64,000 nt of DNA from Vulcanimicrobiota bacterium. Lineage in GTDB: Bacteria > Vulcanimicrobiota > Vulcanimicrobiia > Vulcanimicrobiales > Vulcanimicrobiaceae. Shown one piece after another: positions 51,256 through 61,049 of this stretch (positions are counted from its first letter, which is position 1; every line of letters begins with the position of its first letter). A program made the translations under genes and the position numbers. Under the pieces are notes generated by a model that was not told the DNA's origin, did no database searches, and saw nothing but the letters and a program-made list of their open reading frames with translations. The stretch is from NCBI GenBank assembly GCA_963695225.1, contig OY968762.1, forward strand, positions 704,001 through 768,000. Reading direction: 5' to 3'.

Positions 51256-52524
51256 CTAGACTTGCTGCGCTACCGGTGCGCTGCGGTCCAGGTGGCGCCA
51301 TACGAGGTTCAGCGCCGTCGTGACGGCGCGGTGACGCACGTCGGCGCGGGTCCCCGGGAACGTGAGTTTTCGAACGAGCGTCTCATGCGGCGTTGCTAGG
51401 CCGAAGTAGACCAGGCCGACGGGCTTCTCCGGAGTGGCGCCGGTCGGGCCGGCGATACCGGTCGTCGCGATCGCGACGTCGGTTCCGAGGCGTTTGCGCG
51501 CGCCGCGCGCCATCGCTTCGGCGACTTCGGGGCTCACAGCGCCGTACGTTTCGAGCATCTCCGCGGGGACGTCGAGCAGCGCGCGCTTGACCGCATTGTC
51601 GTACGCGACGATTCCGCCGAGGAACACGGCCGACGCGCCCGGGACGCGCACGATCGCATCCGCGAGCCCGCCCCCCGTGATCGACTCCGCGGTGCCGAGC
51701 GTGAGGCCGCGCGCCTCGAACTCGCGGACGATCGCGCCTTCGAGCGTGTCGGCGTCGACGCCGAAGATGCCGTCGCCGATCAGTTCGCGCAACTCCGCTT
51801 CGACCGGCGCGATCGCGGCGCGCGCGGCGGCTTCGTCGGCGGCTTTCGCCATGATCTTCACGTCGACGCGCCCTTCGTGGGCGAGCATCGCGATTTTCGG
51901 GTTTTCGAGCGTGCGGAAGAGCGTTTCGACGCGCCGGTCGAGTTCCGATTCACCGATGCCGACCGTGTGCAGCGTTCGCGTGAAGATCCCGCCGGAGAGT
52001 GCGTAACGCGCGCGCAGCCACGGTATCACCTGCTCCGCGAGCATCGGCTTCATCTCCCGCGGGACGCCCGGCATGCACGCGACGAACTTGCCGTCGGCGC
52101 GAAGCGCTGCGAAGCCGGGCGCCGTCCCGTGCGGGTTCTCGAAAACGACGGCGCCTCTCGGCAGGAATGCCTGGCGCCGGTTGTTCTCCGTCATCGGCCG
52201 CCCGAACGTGCGAAAACGCGCCTCGATCGCGAGCAGCGAGGGCTCGTGCAGCTCGAGCGGCGCTCCGACCACCTGGGCGACCGCTTCCTTCGTAAGATCG
52301 TCGACCGTCGGGCCCAGCCCCCCCGTCGTCACGACGCCGTCGGCGCGCGACAGCGAAGCCGCGAGCACCGCCGCGAGTCGCTCCGCGTTATCTCCGACGG
52401 AATGCTTGAAGTACACGTCGACCCCGGCATCGGCGAGCGCGCGCGCGACGTGGGGCCCGTTCGTATCGACGAGTTGCCCCAACAGGATCTCCGTGCCGAT
52501 CGTGACGATCTCTACGCTAGGCAT
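51256..52524 (-). CDS. cinA: competence/damage-inducible CinA (MocF-like plus PncC)
   Basis: GTEILLG..DTN, GGLGPTVDDLT, AESITGG, TGIAGP. Confidence 0.92.
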   Translation of the reverse strand: MPSVEIVTIGTEILLGQLVDTNGPHVARALADAGVDVYFKHSVGDNAERLAAVLAASLSRADGVVTTGGLGPTVDDLTKEAVAQVVGAPLELHEPSLLAIEARFRTFGRPMTENNRRQAFLPRGAVVFENPHGTAPGFAALRADGKFVACMPGVPREMKPMLAEQVIPWLRARYALSGGIFTRTLHTVGIGESELDRRVETLFRTLENPKIAMLAHEGRVDVKIMAKAADEAAARAAIAPVEAELRELIGDGIFGVDADTLEGAIVREFEARGLTLGTAESITGGGLADAIVRVPGASAVFLGGIVAYDNAVKRALLDVPAEMLETYGAVSPEVAEAMARGARKRLGTDVAIATTGIAGPTGATPEKPVGLVYFGLATPHETLVRKLTFPGTRADVRHRAVTTALNLVWRHLDRSAPVAQQV

Positions 52525-53122
52525 GAGGACGGAGCCCTTCGAGTTCTTCTTCGAACCAATCCGGGTAGCGCACCGCGACGTCCACTTCGAACCCCTCCGC
52601 CGAGCGCATCATCGCCGCCCGCCGCGCTTTCGAATCGGCGAGCCGCGCGCGATTGCGCTGGCGCTGCACGCCCAAACACTCGATGAAGCGCGCGAACGTA
52701 TCGTCGAGCGCGCCCTGCAAGGCCGCGCGCAACACGCCGCCGACCCGCGGCGAGACGCCGCCCGTCGAGATCGCGACCCGCGCGGGCCCGGATTTCACGA
52801 TCGCTTGCATCGCGACGAAGCCGTACTTCGGCTGATCGATCGCGCACAGCAGGAAGCGGTGCCTGTCGGCCAGCGCCCGCAGGCGCGCGGCGAGCATTTC
52901 GTCCTGCGGCGTCGCGATCACGAAGAACGCGTGCGCCACGTCGTCGTCGCGCACCAGGCTCTCGTCCTTGATCCAAAGCACATCGGCGCCCGCCTCGCGC
53001 AGCGCGGCGTCCTTCTCGATCGCCTCGCGATCGTTCCCGATCACCACGCAACGCCGCCCGCGCAGGTTCAGGCTGACCGGGAAGAACAGGAACGGCGGTT
53101 CGAGGACGTTCTCGGTGCTCAT
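52517..53122 (-). CDS. precorrin-2 dehydrogenase/ferrochelatase-like (SirC/CysG N-terminal)
   Basis: FPVSLNLRGRRCVVIG, VAISTGGVSP; Gly-rich motif degenerate. Confidence 0.7.
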   Translation of the reverse strand: MSTENVLEPPFLFFPVSLNLRGRRCVVIGNDREAIEKDAALREAGADVLWIKDESLVRDDDVAHAFFVIATPQDEMLAARLRALADRHRFLLCAIDQPKYGFVAMQAIVKSGPARVAISTGGVSPRVGGVLRAALQGALDDTFARFIECLGVQRQRNRARLADSKARRAAMMRSAEGFEVDVAVRYPDWFEEELEGLRPHA

Positions 53123-53159
53123 CGTTCGCTCGCGTTCACGCAGGCATCCTCACTACAGC

Positions 53160-54011
53160 TCAATAATCGACGGGGCGCAGATAGAACTCGTTGATCGCCG
53201 TGTTGGAGAGCATCGCCGTCGTCGGGAGGTGCCGCTTCCAATGCGTTCCGTCGACTTTGCGCCGCACGAGCCGCACTTCATCCTCGCGGAAGTTTCGCGC
53301 CTTAATCTGCTCGTTCGAATACCCGAGCAAGAGCAACGAGAGGATCGCGTCCGCGCGCGGATAGGTGATCCCGAGATCGCCTTCGTCCGTCTGATTCGCC
53401 TCGAGATCGGCGCTCGGCGCTTTGTCGACGATCGGCGCCGGGACGCCGAGTTCGCGCGCGAGCGCCCAGACCTGCGTCTTGTAGAGATCGCCGATCGGAT
53501 TGAGCGGCGGCGAATCGTCCGCGTGCCACGTGAAATAGCCTAGCAGCCGCTCCGTCTTGTTTCCGGTGCCGATCGGGAGCGCATCCAGCTTCGCCGATTG
53601 ATCGAACAGCACGATCATGCGCGTGCGCGCCATGATGTTGCCGCGCCGCCGGCCGTCCGCATCCGGCTCGAACTGCAGGTAGCCGTCGACGGCGGCCGTG
53701 ATCTCGATCGTGCGTTCGCGGCAGCCGAGCACGTCGACGACGAGTTGCGCGTGCGCGAGGCTATCGGGGCTCGAGCTCTTGTACGGCATGCGAATGCACG
53801 TCAGGTGATCGGGCCCGAGCGCGCGCGCGCACAGATACGCCGTAACGGCCGAATCGACGCCGCCGGAGAGCCCGACGACGGCGTTGCGAATGCCGCGCCG
53901 TTCGATCAACTCGTCGCGCAGGAACGCTTCGAGCCAACGAGCCGTCAGCGCCGCGTCGATCGCGAGCGAGGGGACGCGCGGCGGCGCCGCCTCGATCACC
54001 GGAAGCGTCAT
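53160..54011 (-). CDS. nadE: NAD+ synthetase, synthetase subunit
   Basis: VGLSGGVDSA, GNIMARTRM, GTGNKTE, PIGDLYKT, PSADL. Confidence 0.92.
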   Translation of the reverse strand: MTLPVIEAAPPRVPSLAIDAALTARWLEAFLRDELIERRGIRNAVVGLSGGVDSAVTAYLCARALGPDHLTCIRMPYKSSSPDSLAHAQLVVDVLGCRERTIEITAAVDGYLQFEPDADGRRRGNIMARTRMIVLFDQSAKLDALPIGTGNKTERLLGYFTWHADDSPPLNPIGDLYKTQVWALARELGVPAPIVDKAPSADLEANQTDEGDLGITYPRADAILSLLLLGYSNEQIKARNFREDEVRLVRRKVDGTHWKRHLPTTAMLSNTAINEFYLRPVDY

Positions 54012-54976
54012 TGGACTTGGCCGGGCTCCGCCGCTTCGCGACCGGGCTGCGTCGCGGCGCCCGCCGCCCCGTCGAGGAGCGAAGCGCGCCAGTGGGCGAG
54101 GTGTGGGAGCAAATCCGAATCGAGCAGCAAGTCCGGCAGCACGGAGGCAAGATCGCCCAAGAGCGGCAGGTTCGCGCGCGCGAGATCGATCTCGGCGAGA
54201 TCGAGATCCGCCCGCAGGATGCACGCGCCGTTTGCCGGCGCGCTCGCGAGCACGTCGCCGCGCGGCCCGACGACGCACGAAGCGCCCGCCATCCCCTTGC
54301 CGCCTTCGAAGCCGGCGAGGCCCGCATAGATCACGTAGACGCCGTGTTCGATCGCGACCGCGCGCAGCAGCTGCTCCCAATGCGCCACGCTCTCCAAGCG
54401 CCCGTCGACGCCCGCGAGCCCCCGCCCGGGCGACGCGCTCGGGATCACGATGAAACGCGCGCCTTTGATCGCGGCGAGCGTCGGCATGATCGCATGCCAG
54501 GCGTCCTCGCAGATGAGGATCGCCATGCGCCCGAAGCGCGTCTCGAACGCGGTGAGCCGGCGGCCGCGCGAGAGGAAGCGCTCCTCGTCGAAGACGCCGT
54601 ACGTCGGCAGGAACATCTTCCGATGGACGTGCGCGATCCGCTCGCCGCGCGCGTCGATCTCCAGATACATCGCGGCGTTGTAATACGTCCCGCCGGAGTT
54701 CTCGTAGAACCCGAGCACGACGTCGACCGCGCGCGGGTTCGCACCGCAGGCGGCGCGCCAGCGCGCGCCGAGCTCGGCGGCCATCGCTTCGGGGCTGCGG
54801 GAGAGATCGTAGACCGCGCCTTCGAGGAAGTAGCCCGTCAGCGCTGCTTCCGGGAGCACGATCAGCTCCGGCACGGCGTCGGCCGCCGCGAGCTGCGCGA
54901 AGATCTCGGAGAGTTCGGCAAGATTCCCCGCGAGGTCGCCCTTGCGCGGCTTGCTCTGAACGATCGCGAGCTTCAC
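54008..54976 (-). CDS. nitrilase-superfamily glutaminase subunit of NAD synthetase
   Basis: LPE, HRKMFLPTYGVFDE, ICEDAW triad; ATGA overlap with nadE. Confidence 0.82.
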   Translation of the reverse strand: MKLAIVQSKPRKGDLAGNLAELSEIFAQLAAADAVPELIVLPEAALTGYFLEGAVYDLSRSPEAMAAELGARWRAACGANPRAVDVVLGFYENSGGTYYNAAMYLEIDARGERIAHVHRKMFLPTYGVFDEERFLSRGRRLTAFETRFGRMAILICEDAWHAIMPTLAAIKGARFIVIPSASPGRGLAGVDGRLESVAHWEQLLRAVAIEHGVYVIYAGLAGFEGGKGMAGASCVVGPRGDVLASAPANGACILRADLDLAEIDLARANLPLLGDLASVLPDLLLDSDLLPHLAHWRASLLDGAAGAATQPGREAAEPGQVQ

Positions 54977-56385
54977 ACCACGGCCGCCGGCGCGCGATGC
55001 CGAGCTGCGCGAATCTGCGCGTCGAGTTCTTCGGCCGGATACGTCCAGATCTCGGCGAGCGTCGGATGCAGGTGCGGGATCTTCACGAAATCGTGCACGG
55101 TCGCGCGGTACGCCATCGCGACGATCATCTCGTGAATGAGGTCCGAACCCTCAGGCCCCACCACGGCGGCGCCGAGGATGCGGCCGTCGGTCGGTGAGGC
55201 CATCATCTTCACGAAGCCTTTGGTCCGATTGATCGCAATCGCCTTCCCGTGGTCGTCGAAGCGGTACGAGGCGGCGAGATACGGCGTCTCGGAACGCTGT
55301 AGTTCCTTCTCGGATTCTCCCGCGATCGCGACCTGCGGATCGGTAAACGTCGTGTGCGCCTTCTGCAGCGTGTAGTCGGCCGGCTCGTGCCTGCCGAGCA
55401 GAGCGTTGCGGGCCGCGAGTTCGCCCTGGTAGATCGCGACGTGGACGAGCGGGTACGTCCCGAGCACGTCGCCGACGGCGAAGACGTTCGGCGCAGCGGT
55501 GCGCAGATCGGGCCCGGCCTCGATCCCCGTCATCGCGTGGAACTTGACGCCGGCCTTTTCGAGATCGAGGTTCATGACGTTCGGCAGGCGGCCGAGCGCA
55601 TAGAAGATCTCGCCCGCAGCGAGGCTGCGCTCCTCGCCGCCTTGCGAGTAATGGACGATCTTTCGCTCGCCGTCGCGCTCGACGCGGGCGAACCGCGTGC
55701 GCGTCTCGATGCGGATCCCTTCGTCCCGGAACGCCGACGTCAGCGCGTCACCGACGTCGTCGTCCTCGCCCGTGAGCAAGTGGCCGCTGCGCAACAGCAT
55801 CGTCGTCGGGACGCCGAGCCGCGCGAAATACTGTCCCAGCTCGCTCGCGACGTAGCCCCCGCCGAAGACGACGAGGGACTCCGGGAGACGCTCGAGCTCG
55901 AGCGCGGCATCGCTATCGACGTACCCGGCCTCCGCGAGCCCCGGGATGACCGGCGGCGCGCTGACGCTCCCGGTCGCAACGATGACGTACTCCCCGCGGA
56001 CCGTCTCGCCGTCGCCGACGGCGACCTCGTTCGCCGAAAGAAAGCGCGCCGAACCGCGGTAGATCGGGAAGCGCTCGAGCTGCTCGACGCGGTATCCTGC
56101 GAAGCCCGCAACCACGCGCCGCTTGCGCTCGACGATCGCCCCGATATCGATGCGCGGGGCGTCCGCGTGCACCCCGAGCGCCGCAGCCTCGCGGACGTAG
56201 TGGGCCGCGTCGCCGGAGGCGAGGAGCGTCTTGGAAGGCATGCACCCGCGCAGGATGCAGAGCCCGCCTAGCGGGCCGGCATCGACGATGCCGACGCTCG
56301 CGCCGAGTTCGCGCGCGGTCCGGGCGGCTGCATAACCGCCGGAGCCGCCTCCGATGACGAGCAGGTCGTACGAATGGGTCTTCAC
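54973..56385 (-). CDS. flavoprotein disulfide reductase (dihydrolipoyl dehydrogenase family)
   Basis: GGGSGG, GGLCILRGCMPSK, GGGYV, AVGD, HPTLAE. Confidence 0.85.
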   Translation of the reverse strand: MKTHSYDLLVIGGGSGGYAAARTARELGASVGIVDAGPLGGLCILRGCMPSKTLLASGDAAHYVREAAALGVHADAPRIDIGAIVERKRRVVAGFAGYRVEQLERFPIYRGSARFLSANEVAVGDGETVRGEYVIVATGSVSAPPVIPGLAEAGYVDSDAALELERLPESLVVFGGGYVASELGQYFARLGVPTTMLLRSGHLLTGEDDDVGDALTSAFRDEGIRIETRTRFARVERDGERKIVHYSQGGEERSLAAGEIFYALGRLPNVMNLDLEKAGVKFHAMTGIEAGPDLRTAAPNVFAVGDVLGTYPLVHVAIYQGELAARNALLGRHEPADYTLQKAHTTFTDPQVAIAGESEKELQRSETPYLAASYRFDDHGKAIAINRTKGFVKMMASPTDGRILGAAVVGPEGSDLIHEMIVAMAYRATVHDFVKIPHLHPTLAEIWTYPAEELDAQIRAARHRAPAAVV

Positions 56386-56500
56386 GCCCTCCAGAACCCC
56401 GAGGCCATCCCGGCGGTGGCAGGCCGGGAGCCGCCGATCCCGGCCGGAGCCGCAATTCTAGCGGGGCCCGCGTCGTTCTGCTTGGAACTGAGGTCGGTCG

Positions 56501-58051
56501 ATGTCCGCTCACTACAGTCTCGGGGATGAGACCCCGAGGGCCCAATCACGCGTCGCGACGGCGCTCGCCGCCGCCGGGGCGGGAGCCTTCACCCTCGTCG
56601 GAGCGGCTGGTCTTTGCGTCGGTTTCATCGCCTGGTACTTCCTGATCGGGCGCATCCACGGTTCGGAAAGCCTGCACGACGGGCTCCTGTTCGGGTGCGC
56701 CGCACTCGGCGCGGCCGGAACGCTGGCAGCTTGGTACGGCTACGGGGCGTACTTCGCGCAGCGCAGCACGATCGATCTGCCGACGGCATTGCGCTGGGAT
56801 TCGCCCTCTTGGGTGGCGCTCGTGATCGGCGTCGTGGGGATCGTCGCGCCGCTCGGCGGGCTTTCTCCGAGCCGCGCGGTCGGCATCGGGATCGCGCTCT
56901 TCGCGCTGATCAAGCTCCTCGTCGCGGCGAAATTCAACTTGACCGTGCGCGACGTGCTCGCCACGTTCGTGACGACGCGCATCCCGATCTTGATGATCGC
57001 GGAACTCGCCTCGGTATTGATAGGGCAGCGCCCCGGGCAGCACGTCGCCGCCTCGACGAATCCGCTGCTCGCGGTCTGGGGCCGCTGGGACGCCGTCCAT
57101 TACCTCGATATAGCCAGGCGCGGCTACTACGGCACCGACATGGCGTTCTTCCCGCTCTATCCGGGCCTTATCAAGCTCTTCAGCGTCTTCATCGGCGACC
57201 GCCTCCTCGCGGGGCTGTTCATCTCGAACGTTGCGCTCTTTTTCGGCTGCCTGTTCTTCTACAAGCTCGTCGAGCATCAATACGATCGCACGGTCGCGCA
57301 CCGCGCCGTGTTCTACGTCTCGATCTTTCCGACGGCGATCTTCTTCTCCGCCGTCTACACGGAATCGCTGTTCTTCGCATTGACCGTCGCCTCGTTCTAC
57401 TACATTCGCGAACGCAAGTGGCTGACGGCCGGGCTCTTGGGCGGGCTCGCGGCGATGACGCGCGTCGAAGGCGTGCTGCTCTTCGTCCCGTTCGCGATCG
57501 AAGCGCTCTTCCCGAACGGCCGCTTCGCGCTGCGCGAGTTCCTCATGCCGTCGCTACGCACGCTGCGCATCGTCGTAGGAGGCGCGCTCATCCCGCTCGG
57601 GCTGCTGATCTACATGGGGATCCTCTGGGTCCTGCGTGGCGATCCGCTCTACTTCTCGCACGTGCAAGCGCACTGGGACCGGCACCTCGCGTTCCCGTGG
57701 GTTAGCGTGATCCACAGCTTCCAAACGATAGCGAAGGCCCATCTGCCGGTGACGGTTGCGGGGCAGATCATCGAACTCTCGTTCACGGCGCTGATGCTCG
57801 GCATCCTCGCCGCGAGCGTCGGCCGCATGCGCTGGTCGTACTGGATCTACATGCTCCTTTCGATCGTCGTCCCGATGTCGACCTCGAGCCTGATGAGCAT
57901 GCCGCGCTTCGCGCTCGTCCTATTCCCGATGTTCATGATGCTGGCGGTCTGGGGCAGCCGCGCGTCGATCAACAACGCGATCGTCGCGTTCAGCCTGCCC
58001 CTGTTGGGGTTGTTCACCGTGCTCTTCGCGGATTGGTATTGGGTGGCTTGA
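56501..58051 (+). CDS. PIG-V/Mannosyltransferase-like GT-C membrane protein
   Basis: RWDAVHY, AFFPLYP, FPTAIFFSAVYTESLF. Confidence 0.8.
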   Translation: MSAHYSLGDETPRAQSRVATALAAAGAGAFTLVGAAGLCVGFIAWYFLIGRIHGSESLHDGLLFGCAALGAAGTLAAWYGYGAYFAQRSTIDLPTALRWDSPSWVALVIGVVGIVAPLGGLSPSRAVGIGIALFALIKLLVAAKFNLTVRDVLATFVTTRIPILMIAELASVLIGQRPGQHVAASTNPLLAVWGRWDAVHYLDIARRGYYGTDMAFFPLYPGLIKLFSVFIGDRLLAGLFISNVALFFGCLFFYKLVEHQYDRTVAHRAVFYVSIFPTAIFFSAVYTESLFFALTVASFYYIRERKWLTAGLLGGLAAMTRVEGVLLFVPFAIEALFPNGRFALREFLMPSLRTLRIVVGGALIPLGLLIYMGILWVLRGDPLYFSHVQAHWDRHLAFPWVSVIHSFQTIAKAHLPVTVAGQIIELSFTALMLGILAASVGRMRWSYWIYMLLSIVVPMSTSSLMSMPRFALVLFPMFMMLAVWGSRASINNAIVAFSLPLLGLFTVLFADWYWVA

Positions 58052-58053
58052 GC

Positions 58054-58476
58054 GTGGACGCGATCGCACAATTCACGCAGCGCCGAGGCGTACGCCAATT
58101 CGTGAAGTTCGGAATCGTCGGCGCCTCGGGGTTCGTCGTCAACATGGTCGTCTTCACGATCATCCAGCACTACACGCCGCCCGGCGTGCGCGCGGCCCGC
58201 TTCCCGCTCCTCTCCTCGATCGCGTTCCTGACGGGCGGCGTCACGAACTATTTCCTCAATCGCATCTGGACTTTCCGCGCCAGCGGGAACGCGCTCAAGC
58301 AGGGCGTGCAATTCATCACCGTCTCGGTGCTGGCGCTCGTCGTCGGGCTCGCGATCGCGAAGGCGACCGCGCCGTTCATCGGAACGGGGCACCGCGCGCA
58401 AGTCGTCGTCACGTTCGCGGGGATGCTCGTGAACTTCTTCATCAACAAGTATTGGACGTTTCGCAACGAGGACTGA
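58054..58476 (+). CDS. GtrA family flippase
   Basis: QFVKFGIVG, NYFLNRIWTF, NKYWTF; start approximate. Confidence 0.85.
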   Translation: MDAIAQFTQRRGVRQFVKFGIVGASGFVVNMVVFTIIQHYTPPGVRAARFPLLSSIAFLTGGVTNYFLNRIWTFRASGNALKQGVQFITVSVLALVVGLAIAKATAPFIGTGHRAQVVVTFAGMLVNFFINKYWTFRNED

Positions 58477-60050
58477 GGCGTTTCGGCCCGTGGGAGCTCG
58501 GGCTGCTCGCCGTCCTCATCCTCGGGCTCGCCCTGCGCCTGCGCGGCATCCACTCGCCGCTGCTCGACCATCCCGGCTGGCGGCAAGGCGATACCGCCGC
58601 GATCGCCCGCAACTTCGCAACGCTCGAATACAACATCTTCCGCCCGCAGGCCGATTATGACGGCCCGCCGCCGAACTACGTCGAGCTGGAGCTGCAGATC
58701 GTGCCGTTCCTCGCGGCGACGCTCTACAAGATCTTCGGCGTCCACGAAATCTTCGGCCGCCTGATCTCGATCGGCTTCAGCCTCGGCACGATCGCCGTCC
58801 TCGCCTCGTTCGCCCGCTGGCTCTTCAAGAGCCCGGTCGCCGGCCTAGCGGCAGCCCTGCTGTTCGCGACGTATCCCGGCAGCCTCTACTACGGCCGCAC
58901 GTTCATGCCGGACACGACGATGGTCTTCTTCTTGACGGCCGCGCTCTTCACGACGGCGCGCTACCTCATCGAAGACGACGCCCGCTCCTGGAAGGGCTTC
59001 GCGCTCGCAGCGCCCCTGCTGGCGCTGGCGCTGCTCGCAAAACCGGTCGCGATCGTCGCCCTGATCCCCATCGCCGCCGTGATGCTCGCCCGCTCCGGCC
59101 CCGCCGCCCTCCTGCGCCCGCAGTACTACGCCCTCTTCGCCGCCGCCTTGATTCCGCTGTGGGTCTACGATCGTTCCGTCGCCTCGATCGCCGAATGGCA
59201 CTGGGCCAGCGGCATCACGCAACTCCACGTCCTCCCCGCGCTTCGCGCCGCCTTCGCCTCCCCCCACGCCCTCAAAGCGCATCTCAACGACACGTGGACC
59301 GTCCTCCAGATGCTCCCCGGAACGATGCTCGGCCCCGCCGCCTGGACGCTCGCCCTCATCTCGCTCATCGTCCCGACGAAATCACGCTCGCAAGCGATCC
59401 TGTTCGCCTGGCTCGGCGGAGCGCTCGCGTACGCGTTCGCCGTCGTCACCGTCGAGCGCGTCGACTACTACCTCTACCTGTTTCTCCCGCTGGCGGCACT
59501 CTGGAGCGGCGGCGCGCTCGCGCGCGCCGCCGACTTCCTTCCAAAGCGGAACGAACTCCGCTGGCTCGCCGTCGCGGCGGCGATCGGCCTCGCCATCCCG
59601 CTCACGATCTCGAACCGCCGCCTGGTCACGCCCTACTATCACTACAACGCCGCCGTCTACCAACGCGCCGTCACCCTCGACCGCACGCTCGACCGCAACG
59701 TCCTCGTCGTCGTGGGGCACTACGATCCGTCGGTGCTCTACTACATCAACCGCAAAGGCTGGGAAGAGGACCCGCTCCTGTGGACGCCCGTCGACGAGCG
59801 CAGCGCCATCCGCAAAGGCGCGCGTTACTTCATCTCGATCGAGCACAACCGCCTGAAGCGCAACGCGGATCTCTACGCCTGGCTCCAACGTTTCCCGCTC
59901 CAAGACCCGAACGCACTCTGGCCCGTCTACGAAACCGACTACGCCAAACAACTCCCCGGAGCCGCCAACCCGCAAACCCCGCGCATCGCACCCCAGCGAC
60001 CCCGCACTAACACGGCCCCGAATCTTAACGGCCGACGCTCGACGAGATGA
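58473..60050 (+). CDS. ArnT/GT39-like GT-C glycosyltransferase
   Basis: WRQGDTAAIARNF, GRTFMPD, LLAK; CTG 58473 or TTG 58452 start. Confidence 0.78.
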   Translation: MRRFGPWELGLLAVLILGLALRLRGIHSPLLDHPGWRQGDTAAIARNFATLEYNIFRPQADYDGPPPNYVELELQIVPFLAATLYKIFGVHEIFGRLISIGFSLGTIAVLASFARWLFKSPVAGLAAALLFATYPGSLYYGRTFMPDTTMVFFLTAALFTTARYLIEDDARSWKGFALAAPLLALALLAKPVAIVALIPIAAVMLARSGPAALLRPQYYALFAAALIPLWVYDRSVASIAEWHWASGITQLHVLPALRAAFASPHALKAHLNDTWTVLQMLPGTMLGPAAWTLALISLIVPTKSRSQAILFAWLGGALAYAFAVVTVERVDYYLYLFLPLAALWSGGALARAADFLPKRNELRWLAVAAAIGLAIPLTISNRRLVTPYYHYNAAVYQRAVTLDRTLDRNVLVVVGHYDPSVLYYINRKGWEEDPLLWTPVDERSAIRKGARYFISIEHNRLKRNADLYAWLQRFPLQDPNALWPVYETDYAKQLPGAANPQTPRIAPQRPRTNTAPNLNGRRSTR

Positions 60051-60069
60051 GGGCTAGCACGCCGCTCAG

Positions 60070-60236
60070 GTAGCGGGTGGGGCGGGGCGACGGTCTCCCG
60101 CGGGGCGTGCAGCTTTCCGGCGGAGCCACGGAGGGCGAGAGCCGGAAAGTGCACGAGTAGCGATTTCGCATGGATGCGAAATCGCGGGCGTCCCCGCGGG
60201 GGACCGTCGCCCCGCCCCACCCGCGGGCAACGCGAC
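60070..60236 (+). repeat. GTAG-initiated nested structured repeat, copy 3
   Basis: 33-bp outer inverted repeat plus two inner stems; homologous to copies 1 and 2. Confidence 0.85.
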
Positions 60237-60237
60237 A

Positions 60238-60388
60238 CGCCCTTACGGGAGCGGGCAAATGCACGAGTAGCGACTTCGCAAGGATGCGAAATCGCGGGCC
60301 CGCGATACGCCCTTACGGGAGCGGGCAAATGCACGAGTAGCGATTTCGCATGGATGCGAAATTGCGGGCCCGCGATACGCCCTTACGG
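60238..60388 (+). repeat. 70-bp tandem repeat (two units plus a partial third) carrying the inner GTAG hairpin
   Basis: CGCCCTTACGG at 60238, 60308, 60378; units near-identical. Confidence 0.9.
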
Positions 60389-61036
60389 CAGCGGCAACAG
60401 CGATCCGCCGGTGCCCGGGGCTTCGACGGAGCGTTCGACGGCGCCGGTCTCGACGAGCCTGCGATAGGCGATGAGCCGGTTCGTATTCCGCGTGACCTCC
60501 TCGGCGAGCGAGTACGAATCCCGAATCGCCTGCGTGAGATGCTCGGAATCGTATGAGTAGTCGAACTTCTCGATCCCCGTAACGACCTTCGCATTGAGCT
60601 TGTTGAGCCCAACGTACGCCTGCCGAATGGAGGTTCCGGTCGCCTCGTAGGCGGGATAGTTCGAGATGACGATCTCTCGCTTGACTTTCGCCTGCTCGAT
60701 CTCCGAGCGCAAAGCCGCAAGCCGGACGTTCTGCGGATCGTACCGCGCCGCCGTCGCCAGCGAAGCCAGGGCGTCGTCGAACTTCGAGGCTTGGAACTGC
60801 GCGTCCGCAACGCGCAACTCGGCAGTGACGAGCCCCGTGCGCGCGTGCCCGTCCTCGGGGGCGATCCGCAGCGCCAAGCTGTACGCGAGGGCGGCGTCGT
60901 CGGCGCGATCGCCCTCGAGCGCGAGGTCGCCTTGATGGTCGCGCGTCGTCGAAATCTGCCGCTCGATCCTTCCGGCGCAGCCGGACGCGCCCGCGAGGAC
61001 GGCGAGAAGTGCGAGGGACGTGAGGAATCGAGTCAC
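60383..61036 (-). CDS. TPR-like lipoprotein
   Basis: Lipobox ASGC; helical AALAYSLALRIAPED repeats. Confidence 0.7.
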   Translation of the reverse strand: MTRFLTSLALLAVLAGASGCAGRIERQISTTRDHQGDLALEGDRADDAALAYSLALRIAPEDGHARTGLVTAELRVADAQFQASKFDDALASLATAARYDPQNVRLAALRSEIEQAKVKREIVISNYPAYEATGTSIRQAYVGLNKLNAKVVTGIEKFDYSYDSEHLTQAIRDSYSLAEEVTRNTNRLIAYRRLVETGAVERSVEAPGTGGSLLPLP

Positions 61037-61049
61037 CGGAAGATCTCCA

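Noticed and set aside
54973..56385. Mercuric reductase MerA
   Set aside because: No C-terminal Cys-Cys pair, has HPTLAE typical of the dihydrolipoyl dehydrogenase class, and no mer genes nearby
60238..60388. Possible CRISPR array
   Set aside because: Whole 70-bp units repeat with no unique spacers, and no cas genes are in the window
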